From the human T2T-CHM13v2.0 reference genome, Homo sapiens: a stretch of 64,000 bases of DNA. Position 1 is the stretch's first letter. Each line of letters opens with the position of its first letter. Position numbers and translations under genes: made by a program. The stretch is taken from assembly GCF_009914755.1 (NCBI RefSeq), contig NC_060928.1; one strand, written 5' to 3'. Positions 44,176 to 58,220 of the stretch are shown here, one piece after another. A model generated the notes under the pieces. The model saw nothing but the letters and a program-made list of their open reading frames with translations, searched no databases and was not told where the DNA came from.

Positions 44176-45689
44176 TTTTGCTCCCTTTTGCTATATTATC
44201 TATAACCTAATTTATTCTGAATTTGAACTTGTGGTTTGATAGGTAGCCCAAATGAGTCATTCAAACAAAAAAAGACATGATCTCATGAGCACTATTTTAA
44301 ACATTTACTCTATTATTCAGAAGTCTTCATGTTTCTAGAAACAGCCATCTCTGCCTCCCAGATGGTCAACTGTGGACAATGAGATAACCCCCGCAAAGGA
44401 GTGAGGAGAGGATAGTGCCTCTAGGAGTAAAGTACTGATAATCACACCTCAAAAAGCCATGCTGCTCTGGTCTGAGACAGAGACCGTCCCAAAGTCTAAC
44501 TCTCCTAATAAACTATTAGATACTACATTAAAAATTAATTTGGACGAGAGTTACCCTGTGATTCACTTTATGTAGATCTAAGAAAGCAAGAACATGAGTT
44601 AGCTGACAGCTAACCCGGCAGCATGTTTTCCTTCTTAGCTGCAGGGGAGAATAATGTACAGGAAAAGGTGATGTAATGATTGTCTCACGTTCATTATTCT
44701 CTCCCAAATGAATAACCTTCCACATCAAGGATGAGCTCACTCACTATTAGTGGAATAACATCTGGTGAGCATGGGCCCCCAGCTGAACACGCTATTGGTT
44801 TGGGGTTATATTTAACCAGTAGAGACTCAACTATTGTTACATGTATCACATGTGCAGCCCAGTTATATTGCAAATATCTTTTTAAGGGGTAAGGAAATAC
44901 TCCTTAAAGTATTTTAACATGCAAGCCTTTTCCTTATGAAACAAGGCACCAACCTATTCCAAAAGAGATCTTAGGCTATTATTAGAGTGGAATATCTGAG
45001 ACATGTGACAGAAGCCTTGGTCCGCTTTGGCTGAGGCTCGGATGCTTGCCATAGCTATCTAAGTTTAAATTTCAAATCACGGATAGGAATCTCTCTCCTT
45101 CAATTTCCCTTCCCATTCTTAATTTCCAGGCAGGCCTGCCACATGGACAATGGTGGATTTTGCAGTGTAATCTCTCTAATAGATTTACTGTAAATGATGA
45201 ATCATCCTAGTACTTAAATCTAATGAGTAATGCTGTAAGTCAATTTGGTTTTAAAAAATGCAGCCTAGCTAAGGTCATCAGTTAAATGTGCTAATACAGA
45301 GTAATGTAGATGTTCAGACACAAGCACAATCGGTCCTAATGGTCAGGAAGCCCAAATACTCTGGAATCTGCTGTTTGTCAAAACCTGTAGGAGAATTGCT
45401 CCCTGAAAATCATGACATTTAGAAAAGAAGATAAGAATTTCATTCCATCAGCATGAGGAACACTCCCTAAAGTTTAGGCTCCTCTGATTGTTCTCTTCAT
45501 AAAATGTATTAACACTTTATTGTGAAGACATTAACAAGCTATAATAATTTTTATTTAAAAGACCAGTTATGAAAATAATACCTATTTATTGAAGAAGACA
45601 CAAGAAATTCAGAGAAGCACAAATAAAATACAATGCACCCTGCTTCTAACCATGCAGACCTCTTGACCTATGTTAGTTTTTTTTATTTG

Positions 45690-46690
45690 AGTCTATGTAA
45701 GCATTTTCTCATGTTATTAGCTATTCTTCTATATTTTATTCTGAATGGTCATATAATGGGATATCATGTGACTGTACCATAATTTATCAAATCTGCTCTG
45801 TCTTGGACTCTAATTTCTTGCTATTATAACCAAGGCTGTGATAAAAGTCTGTGTAGCTAAATCTTTGCACACATAGGTGATTATTTGCTTAGGATAAATT
45901 TGCAGAAATAAAATTGTTGGGTCAAAGTGAATGTGTATTTTTAAGGGTTTCGATAACTGTTAAGGATACCATCATAAGAGAATGGGAGATTTGCTTCCTT
46001 CCCTGCAAATGGTATCCTCAAGATTAGAGATGTTGCCTAAGTCCCTCTGCCTCAATCAACCTCTGGTTCCTTATCTATAAAATAAGAGGGCTGGAACAAT
46101 GAGAAAACAATGACGTTAATCCTGCCAAATGACTCTCATATATTACCTCATTTACTCTCTGTACGGTAATCCCCTGAGACAGGTTAAATGCCTTGGTGAA
46201 GTTCTATAGCTTGCAGAGAGAAGAGTCATAACTTGAACCTGGGTCTGCCCTCTCCAAAGCCCATGTTCTAACCTACCTACCTATACAGTTGCTTCCAGGG
46301 TTATCACTGTCACTCACTGATCCTGTACACTATGTGAGAGCCACTGTTCCAGGTGCAGGGGATTCACTGGTGAACTAAACAAAGTCCTTGACCTTGGGAC
46401 TCCTAGTAGGGAGACAGATAGTAAGTTTATAATATAGTATCAGGCAGCAGTAAGTTCTATGGGAAAGATGAAGCAGGGAAGAAGATAAAGGATGGCTAGG
46501 ATCCTGTTTTAGATAGAATGGTGGGAGAAAGCTGCTGTGTCTGAGTGGATGAAGTGAGTGACGCTGCCATGGAGATTTGTGGAGAGTAAACTCTCCAGGC
46601 AGAGAAGCAGCAGTACAAAGGCCCTAACACCGGGACATGCCTCGTGAGTTTGGGGAACTGCACAGCCATCATTAGGGCTGACACGCAGTG
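45690..46690. mobile_element. L1ME-like (about 45690-45950), MIR and L2 (about 46320-46690) fragments
   Basis: GCTAAATCTTTGCACAC...AATTGTTGGGTCAAAG (L1M 3'); CCAGGCAGAGAAGCAGCAGTACAAAGGCCCT (antisense L2). Confidence 0.6.
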
Positions 46691-48286
46691 AGACTCACAC
46701 TGAGTCTATGAATCGGCCCAAGCATATTCTGGGGCAGGGGTAGTTAGATATTAGGCATGGGTGAGCACTGAGCAGCCACTGGCAGGCAACACTGGTGGAG
46801 GTGACATCACCTCCACGCTTCTGAGAAGGAAACACGGCTAAACTCCCATCACCTGATGCTTCTGTAGCTGGAGCTCAGGCCACAGCATTAAAACTCTATG
46901 CCCTGGGAAAACTCATGCAACTGCATTTCTGGACTCAAAGGGAAGAATTTTGATCCATGGATCATTCGGCCATATAATTACTCACCTTCACCCGAGGAGA
47001 AGCAATGTTTGCTCCATATATCACTGGGAAATAAAATAGCAAGATAAAACATAAAGAATTTATTTGACTAGAATTATCATGCAGAATTGGAAAAATATTC
47101 CATTTCAAAGTCCAAAATGGTGAAGTTATTCATCACTTTAGAGGACAAACACATCTATCCAGAGACCAGCTGTTTCCTGGTGTCATTTAAATTTGAAAAC
47201 CCCACATGTTCTGCTAGAGGAAGGAATCTAGCTTCCTTTCTGTTCTTGAAAACTTTTAAAATTTAATTTGGGATTCAATTAATTTATTATACATTATTAA
47301 GAACCTAAATGTTCTCACAGACCAATTTTCAAGAGTATAGTAACACTGTACAGTATATCATTGCTTGGTTGGAGTTACCTGAAGCAAATGAACTGAGTAA
47401 TACAGTGTACATCAGATAGAAGAGATGTGAAGTACACAGAGAACTTTTATTGTTCCAGAGTAATAACCCATGCAACTTATGCAAGAAAAAGCTGGTGTGT
47501 TTTGGAATATTCCAGCTTCAGGATTAAATTCATTCCATGTACTCTGGCAGGGAGGAGGGAGATTCTTAACAGCTGGGACCAGAATCTGTGCTAGTGAAAT
47601 ACTCCATAAACTATGAGCCATGGAAGATGCCTCCTGAGGACATGGGATAGCTGGGGACAAAGAACAGTCACAGCTAATCGTCTCTACAATAAATATATGG
47701 AGATGGGAAAAACTGAGAGGAGGGAGAGTGACTGGTGAAGAAATATGATGATATACCTTAAAATCTTTTCAGATGTAGATTATGCAATGTTCAGTTTTAG
47801 GATCTTTTCATTTCTGTGATGCAAACCCACCTTCACCATCCCAAATCTTTGGTGGATTCTGCTATTTACACAAATGCCTTGTGTGGATGCTGTTCATGTG
47901 TGAGCTTGTGTCCTGCGGGAATTGAGAGACTGAGTTCCATGTCTGGGTGAATGTGGTACAAAATAGGGACAGCACATGCCACATGGCAAGATAATCTGTC
48001 AATTAAACTCATCAGTGGAAGCAGCACTCGGAGCCAGAAATAACGAGAGTGAAAGTAGCCTGGGAATTCCCAGATATTCTGGGGACGCACATTGGATTTT
48101 CACTGAAGGAAATATGAAATGGGAGTTTGAGCCACCTTAAGAGGCAAGGATACTCTTCTGACATCTGGGTTATCTGTTAGTGAATATTTGGAATTGAATG
48201 GATTATCTTGTATTTACCAGGTTGCTTTCGAAGCATATGATTGTAGTTAAGATAGAAAATGTAGACACTAAGATTTCTTACTTCTT

Positions 48287-48587
<301 letters not shown>

Positions 48588-48765
48588 TTACCTTTTGGTA
48601 ACAACTAGGGCCTTGGGCTGAATATCCAGAAGTTACCCAGTTATCTCTGGTCTAGACATTGGTAAAGACTTCACTGGATTGTGAATTTCCCAATATTTCT
48701 TCATTTCTACAGTCCTGAAGAGGTTTTTCACAGGACTGGGTCAGAGGTTCTGAGTCAATACACAA

Positions 48766-48919
48766 ATATACCTAATGCTAAATGACGAGTTAATGGGTGC
48801 AGCACACCAGCATGGCACATGTATACATATGTAACTAACCTGCACATTGTGCACATGTACCCTAAAACTTAAAGTATAATAATAATAAAATTTAAAAAAA
48901 TAAAAATAAAAAATAAAAA
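48766..48919 (+). mobile_element. Very short young L1 (L1PA2/3-like) 3' end with A-rich tail
   Basis: ATATACCTAATGCTAAATGACGAG...GTAACTAACCTGCACATTGTGCACATGTACCCTAAAACTTAAAGTATAAT. Confidence 0.93.
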
Positions 48920-49976
48920 TTCTGAATAGTCCTATTACAGCTAAATACATTTAACCAATAATAATAATAATAAAAGCTTTCCCACTAAGAACAATTCAGA
49001 AAAAAAAAAAAGTTACTGTGTATTGATACTGTAGAAACCAAAATAAAATACTTGTAGGAAAACATCAAGAAATATTAGGCTAGAGGGTTTGTTGAATGTG
49101 GTTTCTTGAGTCTCCCTGGTTTTTCATGGGAGACAGACTTGGGTTGGTGGCAATGGCAATCTGTATGGCCATGGTTAGTTCTCTCAGATCAACAGAAGCC
49201 CCAATTAGAGGCTTATAAAACTTCTCATCAACCTCACTACCCTAAAGCTCTATCATAATTTTTATAAAGTTGGAAGAAAAAAAAGCCTTTACTAAGTTTT
49301 ATCACTTGGATAAAGATCATATTCCAAGTACAATTCTTGGTATGTCATATCACCATTTTGCTTCATTGATCACAGATTACCCAATGATTATTAGACATCA
49401 CATGCATAGATGCATAGCAATTATTTCTGGAGGCAAGCCTGTGACATATGCAATTAGGAGTGGCAAGGCCCGGCAGGACCAGCCAGGGCCTCCCACAGAG
49501 CCGTATTTAACAATTGGTTGACTAGGATATAAAGGATCTGTGATATCATGCTAGCATGTTAGAAGTTGTTTTCCTAAGGGTCATAGTTGGCTATATATAG
49601 AATAATGCCATCAGCCAGAAAGGACTTCCTGATTGCATATATAGGATTTGCTTATGTTTACAGCAGGAGTAACTTCCTATTTTCATTCCCATTCTCAGGG
49701 AAAGTAATTTGATCTAGATAGAGTATAATCCCAGGACTACTTCGTTTGCAAGAAGATAAACTCAACTTAATCCAGTTTCAGTAAAATTTGAGCTTAATTG
49801 AAAGAATACTGGAATAGCTCAGAGAATTGAAGGATGGTTCTCAGGAACTACAGGAATGCTGAAGACCTTCATGAGTGGAACCAGGCACTCAAACTCTAAA
49901 CAGCACACTCTTCTGAATCTTGTTTCTGTTTCCCTATGCTTGTTGGTTGTATTCTATTTTGCTACGAGGAGTTTCC

Positions 49977-50203
49977 TTTTTTTTTTTTTTTGAGACTGGG
50001 TTTTGTTATGTTGCCCATGCTGGAGTGCAGTGGCACAATCATGGCTCAGTGCAGCCTTGATCTCCCGGGCTCAAGCAATCCTCCCACCTCAGCCTCCTGA
50101 GTAGCTGGGACTACAGGTGCACACCACCAGACTTGGCTAATTTTTAAAAAATTTTTAGTGGAGATGAGGTTCTGCTGTGTTGCCCAGGCTGGTCTCAAAC
50201 TCC
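49977..50203 (-). mobile_element. 5'-truncated AluJ inside an old MLT1/LTR16-like LTR (about 49725-50430)
   Basis: GCAGCCTTGATCTCCCGGGCTCAAGCAATCCTCCC; flanks carry CTCTGATTGGCCAG and CATGATTGGCTGG LTR motifs. Confidence 0.8.
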
Positions 50204-52709
50204 AGAAGCTTTTTCTTTATGCTAGAAAACAAGATTTTCCCAGTCCTGGGCTTTCTTCATCCCTAGAGGAAAACAAGCTTCCTTTATCCAATGTTTAGGT
50301 TAAAAAAAAATCCTGGAGCAGGCCTCTGATTGGCCAGATTTAAATCATGTTTCCAACCCTTGGACGAATTGCTATGGATAAGAATATGAAGTACCATGAT
50401 TGGCTGGTCATGTGTCCATTTCTAAGAGTAAAGGCAGTGGGGGAGATTCTATTACCGCAAGAAGAGTATAAGATCACTGTGCACCAGGGAGCCATACAAG
50501 TTGGTATGGCACATCTATTGGCATTTTCCCACTGTCTCCCTTACCCTTATGGAGATCACTGAGAAGAGGTAGACTACCCATGAATTCAACCTGGCCCAAA
50601 GAAGAAAGCTTCTTCATCATCTCTATGTGACTAACATCGGTCCTTGGGGCAGATGGTTCCTTTGGCAAGATACTATGGTGGGCTTTATTTCTGAAGTGCA
50701 GGTAGGCCTCTTGAAATTGTTTTGTTTGCAAGTAGGAAAAAGAGACCAAAACTTCTTGGCATTATCTTGTAAAGTGCTAGTTCCATTGTGGGCAGGGGAA
50801 TTTAGGCAGATAACCTCACATTTAAAAACAGTTTATCTTCTCTCATATAGATCAGAGTATACTATGTTTGGAAAGTATTGTTTCTACTGGAAAAGGCATA
50901 TGGGATGTAATTAGTCCAACAGTTACAGTGAAAACTGCAAGAATAATGAGGATGCATAGCTTTAAGTTGGACTGTCACGGAGATTTCAAAAGAGAGATTG
51001 GACTTGTGGTGCAAAGCCCACCGTGGCTGTCCTGAGTCTGCTCATTAAAAGCAAAACAAAACTAAAGAAGGGAGCCTCCTACTGTGGGTGGGATATATAC
51101 AGTAGGAATAAGGATTTACATTTGGAGAACTGAAGAACTAAGCATTTTTAAAAGGGGCAAGAGAAGGCTGGGCTTTTAAGCAAGGGAGCAAGGTTAAGAA
51201 CTGGAATATTTCCACAGGAAGGCACAGGTAAAGGACTTCCAGTTTTTTCCCCACTTGGGCTGTGAGATTTGTCATATTTGTCATGCAATTTTAAATTTTT
51301 CTCCTTGTCTTATAAATCCCTCTATTTTTCACCAACCCTTTAATTAAGTCTATTAGACATGCACAAGTTCTATGTTGGTGGTATTGTGGGGAATTAAAGA
51401 GAAGAGCAACAAAAAGAAGCATGATCCTGTATCCTTCCATGGAGATCATCATCATAGCATGAGAAAGGAATCCCAGATCATCCAGGTGGCACCAGGACAG
51501 AGGATCAGGGCAGAGCTGAAGGCAATGGAGAGGAACAAGTGACTCATAGAAACAGCTGCAAAGAGGGTGATTCAGGAACAAACTGAGGGACAAACATCCT
51601 CTTTCTCAAATATTCTAGAGGAAGGTGACTTTCAGAGGTTGAGAAATGGGAATGGTTGGGGGGGAAGATAAACATTGATTATATTCTCTGCAATTAGACC
51701 CTTTCATTCCTCCTCTTATTTCCCTCTCTCTTCCTCAAAATTTATTACATTAATTTCTCCCTCCAAGGTGGATCAAATATGCTTTGCTTATACAAATATT
51801 CAGAGTTCATTTTATTCAATCATGAATTTTTATTCATTTTATGTCTGTCATCCCCATTAGACTGAAAAGACAATGGCTATGACCTGCATACAGGGAAGAT
51901 AGTGCTTTGCATACTGTTGTTGCTTAATAAATGGTTTTAAATTGATTTGAAAATGGTTTACTTAGTTGACTTCCTTCTTTGCAAGAGCCAACTAAGTCCC
52001 ATTGGCACTTCATTTTCTCCTTTAATTTGCCATATTATCTAGAATATTTTAAAAACTTTCACCATTTTGAAATGATGCTAAATTGAACTAATTTTTCACT
52101 AAGCTTCTCAAGGAAGCAAAATCACAAATACTTCAGGTGTCATAAAATCAAAAGCACACATTGTCTTCCCAAAGGGAAGAACCACAATGAGGTATCTGCT
52201 CTTAAGAAAAGTTCTTGATACTTTTAGGATGATCTCAACTTCCACTTAGGAAGTTGGACTGTTTTAGGAAGAGAGTAATTGTTGACTGAGAGGGAGTCAG
52301 ATTTTCTAGTGATCCAACTGAAAGAGCCAGCTATTGGCAAATTGGTACTTTAAAATTTTTCTGCTTGACAAACAATCCCTAACTCCAACCTTCTTTAATC
52401 ACTACATATGCTTGTGAATGTAACAGGCATTACATAAAGGGAGAATCTCAAAAACAAACCCTAGCTTTTTTCATTGTACCAGTCTTCTCTGAGCAATTCC
52501 ATTTTTTTGTTTTAAAATGAATAACTGAAGATAACTTTGAATCCTGGAACATGGCTGTGATATGGAAAATGAAAATAACAGAGTACAAAATAACATGTAT
52601 ACTGTGATTGCAGCTATTTAAAGTATTTATGCCCATGAAAGATAATACTGCAAAAATAGCATAGTCGTGTTGGAGAAGAGCAGAAAGAAGAAAGAAGCTG
52701 TATTATTTT

Positions 52710-53135
52710 GGTGAAACGTGATCCTTCTGTAAAAGAGACACCTGAAAATACAGTGGCTTAAAGGGCAAAAGTGTTTGCTTTCCTCTGTATCAGTCCAGGG
52801 CAGGGAGGAAGGCAACTCTGCTCCATGTGGCCACCCAGGGACCCAGGCTCCTTCTGTCTTGTTCCCATGTCATTCCCTAGAGCATTGTCCTTATCTGCTG
52901 GGTTGCAGTCATGCCTATGTTCAGCTCAAAGAAAGTGGACACAGTGTGGGGGAGTTGTGCAATATCCTAGGGTCCATGCTGGGAAGCAACACTCCTATTT
53001 CTGCACCTGTTCCTTTGATGAATATTGTCTCATGGCTACACCTAACTAACTGCAAAGAAGGCTGGGAAACGCAGTTTAGTTGGGCTCTCTTGTTTCCAGA
53101 GCAAAGTAGAAAATGGATTTTGGCTGATAGTCTCT
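52710..53135 (-). mobile_element. Old MLT1-type LTR
   Basis: CAGTGGCTTAAA...CAGGGACCCAGGCTCCTTCTGTCTTG...CTGCAAAGAAGGCTGGGAAA. Confidence 0.6.
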
Positions 53136-53799
53136 GTTGTTATAGTTACCAATCATTGAGAACTATGCTTAGTTATTTACAAATACTGCCTCATTTAATA
53201 CACACAACTGCATGTCCAAGATCTCCTTGCTTATAGTAGTTACCAAACATAACTAACGTTCTTGCATTACACCTATGTCTTTCAGCATAATGGCATTCTG
53301 AATATTTATTATCTTAAAATATTTTAATGTTGTTATATAGTAGTTCCAACTTACAGAATTCATATTTCATGATCTCTAAAGCTCCTTTCGGCTCCAAAGT
53401 ATTGCTTATTTATTTCCTACAAAAAAGAAAACAGGGTTCTATGGATGATTGACTGGAATTTAGGTGGTGGGAGGGAGTGGGATTCTCTAGGAAAATGTGA
53501 GATGAAGAGAATGGAGAACTATTGATTCATGTGTTATGACTTTTATATCCCACATATTTTTGTTTCATTATTCATCTCCATCAATATCTAGTTTTTAAAA
53601 TACATTTGCTTTTCATATTTTAAAAAATTCAGTACATTATTATATCAGAAATATGTTTAGGATCAGAATTCTGTGACTTTATTAAACATATGAATGTGGG
53701 CTTTTAATATTGATACTAGAGAACAAACCATTTTTATCATATTCCCTAATTTCTGACCTATAAGACCCTCCCCCCATAACACACATATACCTGTTAACT

Positions 53800-54820
<1,021 letters not shown>

Positions 54821-55729
54821 AAGTCCTCACTCATCATTTAACCTTCATCTTTCTTAAGAAGAAGTGATGGAAATATCTATTGACTCTGATATTACTCTGA
54901 TGTCCGCCCTTCTTGAGCCTGCAAGAAGTAAAGTGAACAATTCAGGGCTCTCTGACTAACAGAGATGATGGAAGCAATTGCTTGTCCTTACTGCTGGAGC
55001 CCAGAAATAACTTGAGTGAATCATGCTTATGTTCCTGGTATGCATGCCATGAAAATGGTCTAAGAACTCCTAGCAACTCTCTCAAAATTAAGACAAATTT
55101 CAGTGTTGGCTGCCTAACGTGTTTTCTGGCACATATATTTCCAAGCTCCACACCTGGCAGAAAGATGGTATCATAAAATTGAACATGATTGTGTTGGACA
55201 AGTAAACTGTGCTTCTGGTAACATAAGCACAAAAGCTACATTTATATTCTCATTCACTGAGGTATGTAGTGGTGACTGACAAAGATATATCTGAGATGGG
55301 TGTGAGTCCAGGGCAGGATTAGGGCCTAAATTTGGCTGCTGAATGCATGTCCACTGACCTTTTCAGTATCTGGCAAACTTTACTTTAAAAACAAGGTTGA
55401 TCTTTAAATTATTAGTAGAAAAATCTTAGCTAAGCAGCGGTCCCTGCCCAACCTCCTCCCACTCCCAAACAAGAGAATAATGGTCTCTGTCTTTAAAAAG
55501 TTACAAACTAGCCTCTAAATAGGTAGGAACCACATGGCAGATCATTTTTAAATTTCCAGAGCCCTCACTTAGAAGTTTCATATCAGTAAGGAATTAAGTT
55601 CTGTTGTGAATACAGAAAACCCTGAATATATAGAGGCTTAAACAAATTGGAACCTTTGTGTTTCTCTTGTCATAAGTTCAAAGGTAGAAAATCCAGCTGG
55701 TAAAGCAACTTCAGAATGCCGTCAGGGAC

Positions 55730-56164
55730 TGTTTTGTGTTGAATTTTGTCATCTTAAAAGTTAAGTTGAAGTCCTAAGCCCTGGTACCTGTGAATTTGAC
55801 CTTTTTGAAAATAGGGTCTTTGCAGATGTAACCAAATTAAGATAAGGTTATTAGGGTGGGCTCTAATCCAACATGACTGGTGTCCTTATAAGAATCCAAA
55901 TTTAGATAGAGTCACTCAGGAAGATGGCCATCTGAAGATGGAAGAAGAGATTTAAGTTACACTCTAGCAAACCCAGGAATACCTGGGGTTCCCTTCTAAG
56001 GGGCAAAGAAGGATCCTTGCCTAGAGACTTCAGTGGATGTGTGATCCTACCAACACCTTGATTTCAGACTTCTGGCTTCCAGAACTGTGAAAGAACAGAT
56101 CTCTATTGTTTTAAGCCACCCAATATTTGGAGCTTTGTTCTGGAAGCCCTGGAAAATAAATACA
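55730..56164 (+). mobile_element. MLT1B/C-like solo LTR inside an older MLT1 fragment
   Basis: AATAGGGTCTTTGCAGATGTAA...CACCTTGATTTCAGACTTCTGGCTTCCAGAACTGTGA; TSD GGGA(C/T). Confidence 0.85.
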
Positions 56165-56394
56165 GGGATGCAGGATCCTTCCATTTTTCAACTCGGCTGA
56201 GCTCTCTTTGCCTCGTACTCACATGATGGCTGGTCCACCTTCAGCATCATGTTTAAGTCCCATGTAGGAAGAAAAGAAAGGAAAATAAACAAAAGGCATC
56301 CACCAGTGAGATCTACCTTCTTTATTTTCCTGAAAATTGGCATTTTATTTGAAGAGAGAATAAAAATTATTTACATTAATATCTCTACGTGTCT

Positions 56395-57914
56395 TTTTTA
56401 ATTTTTAAAATAAACTTTATTTGTTAGAGCAATCTTAGTTTCACCACGAAACTGAGCAGAAAATACAGAGTTCCCATATACTCCCTGCCCACACATGCAT
56501 AACCTCTCCTGATGTCAACATCCCACACCAGAGTGGTACATTTGTTACAACAGATGAACCTGCATTGACACATCATTATCAACCAAAGTCCATAGTTTAC
56601 CCTAGGGTTCACTCTTGGTGTTGTACATTCTGTGGGCTTTGACAAATGTATAATGACATGCATATACCATTATAGTATCTTACAGAGTAGTTTCACTGCC
56701 CTAAAAGTCTTCTGTACTCTGCCTATTTATCTCTTCTACCTCCAGCCACATCCCTGGAAACCACTAACCTTTTTACTGTTTCCATGGCTTTGCCTCTTCC
56801 AGAATGTCCTAGAGTTGGAATTATGCAGTGTGTATCCTTTTGATACTGTTTGGCTTTGTGTCCCCACCCAAATTTCATCTCAAACTGTAATCCCCAGGTG
56901 TTGAGGGAGGGACCTGGTGGGAGGTGATTAGATCATGGGGGCACTTTCCTCCATTACTGTTCTCATGATAGTGAATGAGTTCTCACAAGATCTGACCGTT
57001 TTATAGGGCAGTTTTCCCTGCTCTCTCTTGCACTTGCTCTCTCGCCTGCCATGATGTAAGACATGCCTACTTCCCCCTCCACCATGATTGTAAGTTTCCT
57101 GAGGCCTTCCCAGCCATGCAGAACTGTGAGTCAATTAAACCTCTTTCCTTTATAAATTGCCCAGTCTCAGGTAGTATCTTTATAGCAGTGTGAAAATGGA
57201 TGAATACACCATTTCAGATTAGCAGCTTTTACTTAATAACATGCACTTAAGGTTCCTCCATGTCTTTTCATAGCATGATCGTTCATTTCTTTTTAGTGCT
57301 GAATAATATTCCATTCTATCAATGCACCACAGCTGGTTTATCCATTTCACCCAATGAAGGAAATCTTGGTTGCTTCTGAGTTTTGACAATTATGAATTAA
57401 ACATCTGTAAACACCTGTGTGCAAGTGTTTGTGTGGACATAGGTTTTCAGATCATATGGGTAAATAGTAAGGAGTGTGATTGCTAGATCGTATGGTAAAA
57501 GTATGTTTAGTTTTGTAAGAAATGGCCAAACCATCTTTCAAAATGACTGTACCAATTCGCATTCCCAGCAGCAATGAAAGAGTAACTGTTGTTCCACATC
57601 CTCTCCAGCATTTGGAGTTTTAGTGCTTTGGATTTTGGCCATTTTAATAGACATACAGTAGTATTTCATCATTTTAGTTTGCAATTCTTTAATGACATGC
57701 TATGTGAAGCATCATTTCATATGCCTATTGCCACATCTTCTTTGGCAAGGTGTCTGTTCAGTCTTTTGCCCATTTTTACATCAAGTTGTTAATTTTCTTA
57801 TTGTTGAGCTTCAAGAGTTCTTAGTATATTTTGGATAACAGTGTTTTATCAGATATGTCTTTTGCAAGTATTCTCTCCCTATCTCTAACTCATCTTCCCG
57901 TTATCTTGGGAGTC
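56395..57914 (-). mobile_element. L1MC1-like 3' region
   Basis: CAGAGTTCCCATATACTCCC...GAGTGGTACATTTGTTACAA...GGGTTCACTCTTGGTGTTGTACATTC. Confidence 0.85.
56841..57208 (+). mobile_element. THE1D/MSTA-like solo LTR in L1MC
   Basis: TGATACTGTTTGGCTTTGTGTCCCCACCCAAAT...CAATTAAACCTC...TATAGCAGTGTGAAAATGGATGAATACA; TSD CC(T/A)TT. Confidence 0.9.
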
Positions 57915-57925
57915 TACTTTCTTTT

Positions 57926-58220
<295 letters not shown>

